Positions 41,164-43,159 of a DNA stretch of 43,159 nucleotides are shown here, in pieces; positions within the stretch are counted from its first letter, which is position 1; the number at the start of each line of letters is the position of its first letter. The translations under genes and the position numbers were made by a program. The notes below the pieces were generated by a model. The model did no database searches. It was given only the letters and a program-made list of their open reading frames with translations, and was not told the origin of the DNA. The DNA lies in IMG/VR virus record IMGVR_UViG_3300030397_000898, positions 1 through 43,159 of that record; one strand, given 5' to 3'. This DNA comes from a virus (taxonomy: Duplodnaviria > Caudoviricetes).

Positions 41164-43159
41164 ACGATGCACTTCGTTACGCTGAAATGGGGTATCCCGT
41201 TTTTCCCTGCGTTCCGGGCACGAAAATTCCATTCAAAGACACTGAAGGTGTAAAGGAGGCGACGACCGATGAGGGACAAATTATTAGATGGTGGACAGAC
41301 AATCCAGATGCCAACATTGCAATCAGTACCAGAGGACTGCTCGTTGTTGATGTTGATGGAAAGGATAACCCTTGGCCGGGAGACGACGGACAGCGAGAGG
41401 CCTTGTTACAGGCTCCTACCGCTGCAACTCCCAAGGGCGGAAGGCACCATGTATTTCTTCAACCCGGAGACGGAAATATTTACAAATCAACTACAAACAG
41501 GATTGCTGATCGAGTGGACACCCGCGCTGACGGAGGCTATATCCTTGTTTTTCCATCGGTCTTTTCAGGAAAACAATATCGATGGGTCAATGAACTCGAA
41601 GGAAGGGAAGCCCTTGAACCCGCCCCTGAATTCGTCACCAGATCCCTTGACGGAACCGATAAAAAGGACTTTAGAAATCTTAAAGTCGAAGAAGACATTC
41701 CTGAGGGAATGCGCAACGATACCCTCACTAGAATTGCGGGCTCGCTTAGAAGAATTGGTCTTTCTGAGGAAAATATCTATGTTGCAATCGGACAAACAAA
41801 TAGTGAACGATGCAATCCGCCTCTTAAGGACTCTGAGTTACGCACCATTGCCCGAAGCGTTGCACAATACGAACCCGACCAAGTATCCGTCGCAATAATC
41901 GAAGATTATTACAATCAAATTGTTGTTGATCCGGACCCGATTAAGATCGACGAGGATCCCGGATTAATTCCAGAACGTCTTCTGGTGGTTCCCGGTCTGA
42001 TTGAGCAGATTTTTGATTACACAATGGCAACGGCACCCTATCCAAATGTTGTGATGGCGGCTTGTGGCGCGATTTCGATGATGGGTTTTTTGGCAGGCCG
42101 AAAAGTGTGTGACAGCATGGACATCCGAACCAATCTGTATCTTCTTGCACTTGGAATGAGCGGGTCGGGAAAAGATCACCCCCGCAAAGTAAACATGAAA
42201 ATTGCTGACTCAGTTGGTTTAGGTCATTGCATTGGTGATGGTTTTGCATCTGGTGAAGGTATACAAGATTCTCTTTTCGTAAACAATTGCATTCTTCTTC
42301 AGACTGATGAGATCGACGCCATTTTTCAGTCAATTAACAAGGCTAACGACGCGCGTCATGAAATGTTGATGAACACCCTTCTTCGCATTTTTTCAGCGGC
42401 AAACAACAAATTTCGCATGAGATATAAGGCCGGCACTGAAAACGAACGGTACATCGATCAACCTCATTTAATGCTCTATGGAACCGCCATTCCAACGTAT
42501 TATTACGAAGCTCTTTCGCATCGGATGCTGACCAATGGCCTTTTTTCACGGATGGTTGTTCTCGAATCATATGGCCGGGGCGAAGGTCAGGAGATTACTA
42601 AGAAAATACCGATACCTGAGACCGTGCTGAATACCGCGAAATGGTGGGCGGAATTTCGCCCCGGGTCTGGAGACCTCGAGCATTGGTTTCCTGAGCCTCG
42701 GATCATCCCTCATACAAAAGAGGGCAGGGAATGTTTGATCGAAACCCGTAGACATGCCGATATCGAGTGGAAAAAGGCTGAAGAGAACAAAGATGTGGTG
42801 GGGACAACTGTCTGGAGTCGGGTTGCCGAGAACGTCAGAAAGTTTTCTTTGATCCGGGCGGTATCTGAGAGCAATGAATTTCCGGAAATCGATGAAAACT
42901 GCGTGAAGTGGGCAACTGAATTTATTTTCCACCTGACTCACAGGATGCTTTATATGGCAAAGAACCATGTGAGTGACTCGACATTCGATAAAGACTGCAA
43001 ACGCTTCATAGCACGACTCTCTGAGGCCCCTGATAAGACCGTGGCTCACAGCGTGATGATGAAGAGAATGAAGATGAAGACCCGTGACTTTCAGGAAATC
43101 GTCACGACCCTCGCTCAATCTGGACAAATCGTTGTGGATAAAGTGAAAACCAGTGGAAT
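41130..43159 (+). CDS. Bifunctional primase-polymerase + PriCT + P-loop (DUF3987-like) replication protein, 3' truncated (not in ORF track)
   Basis: Frame from ATG 41130 to the window end: GYPVFPC, ANIAI, VVDVD, TPKGGRH, DTRADGGY, IPEGMRNDTL...PPLKDSEL, GMSGSGKD, LQTDEID. Confidence 0.9.
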   Translation, partial: MGSKTRRLNFLNDALRYAEMGYPVFPCVPGTKIPFKDTEGVKEATTDEGQIIRWWTDNPDANIAISTRGLLVVDVDGKDNPWPGDDGQREALLQAPTAATPKGGRHHVFLQPGDGNIYKSTTNRIADRVDTRADGGYILVFPSVFSGKQYRWVNELEGREALEPAPEFVTRSLDGTDKKDFRNLKVEEDIPEGMRNDTLTRIAGSLRRIGLSEENIYVAIGQTNSERCNPPLKDSELRTIARSVAQYEPDQVSVAIIEDYYNQIVVDPDPIKIDEDPGLIPERLLVVPGLIEQIFDYTMATAPYPNVVMAACGAISMMGFLAGRKVCDSMDIRTNLYLLALGMSGSGKDHPRKVNMKIADSVGLGHCIGDGFASGEGIQDSLFVNNCILLQTDEIDAIFQSINKANDARHEMLMNTLLRIFSAANNKFRMRYKAGTENERYIDQPHLMLYGTAIPTYYYEALSHRMLTNGLFSRMVVLESYGRGEGQEITKKIPIPETVLNTAKWWAEFRPGSGDLEHWFPEPRIIPHTKEGRECLIETRRHADIEWKKAEENKDVVGTTVWSRVAENVRKFSLIRAVSESNEFPEIDENCVKWATEFIFHLTHRMLYMAKNHVSDSTFDKDCKRFIARLSEAPDKTVAHSVMMKRMKMKTRDFQEIVTTLAQSGQIVVDKVKTSG

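Noticed and set aside
41269-43127. Track ORFs 41269-41898 (+) and several minus-strand ORFs
   Set aside because: Alternative frames of the prim-pol gene starting at 41130, which carries all the conserved motifs.
1-43159. Integrase, CRISPR array, stop-codon reassignment, terminal repeats
   Set aside because: No recombinase motifs or spaced repeat arrays; genes are full length in the standard code; the two ends share no visible direct repeat.

Overview
The window looks like a complete or nearly complete ~43 kb tailed dsDNA phage genome with podovirus architecture; gene order and protein motifs resemble BPP-1/epsilon15/phiV10. The + strand late arm (~696-29225) runs: small membrane genes, TerS, TerL, GNAT, portal, scaffold, major capsid, cement and staple proteins, an unusual fibre-like module, tail adaptor and nozzle, three ejection proteins (one of 2254 aa) and a tail fibre with a LamG-like end. 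A - strand early arm (~29158-39202) holds many small ORFs plus RusA, a DUF669-type SSB, an AAA_24/Sak4-like ATPase and a PD-(D/E)XK exonuclease. A divergent promoter/operator region precedes a small ribbon-helix-helix regulator, an SF2 helicase and a prim-pol/PriCT/P-loop protein that runs off the right end and is missing from the ORF track. I see no integrase, CI-like repressor, endolysin, family A/B DNA polymerase or DGR reverse transcriptase. The most unusual stretch is the non-coding region 1-680: an ori-like hairpin with DnaA boxes, a ~229 nt apparent tRNA-within-a-tRNA RNA ending in an encoded CCA, and a second structured RNA candidate. Two genes are split by frameshifts at homopolymer or slippery sites. 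All family assignments come from motif recognition by eye, not database searches.
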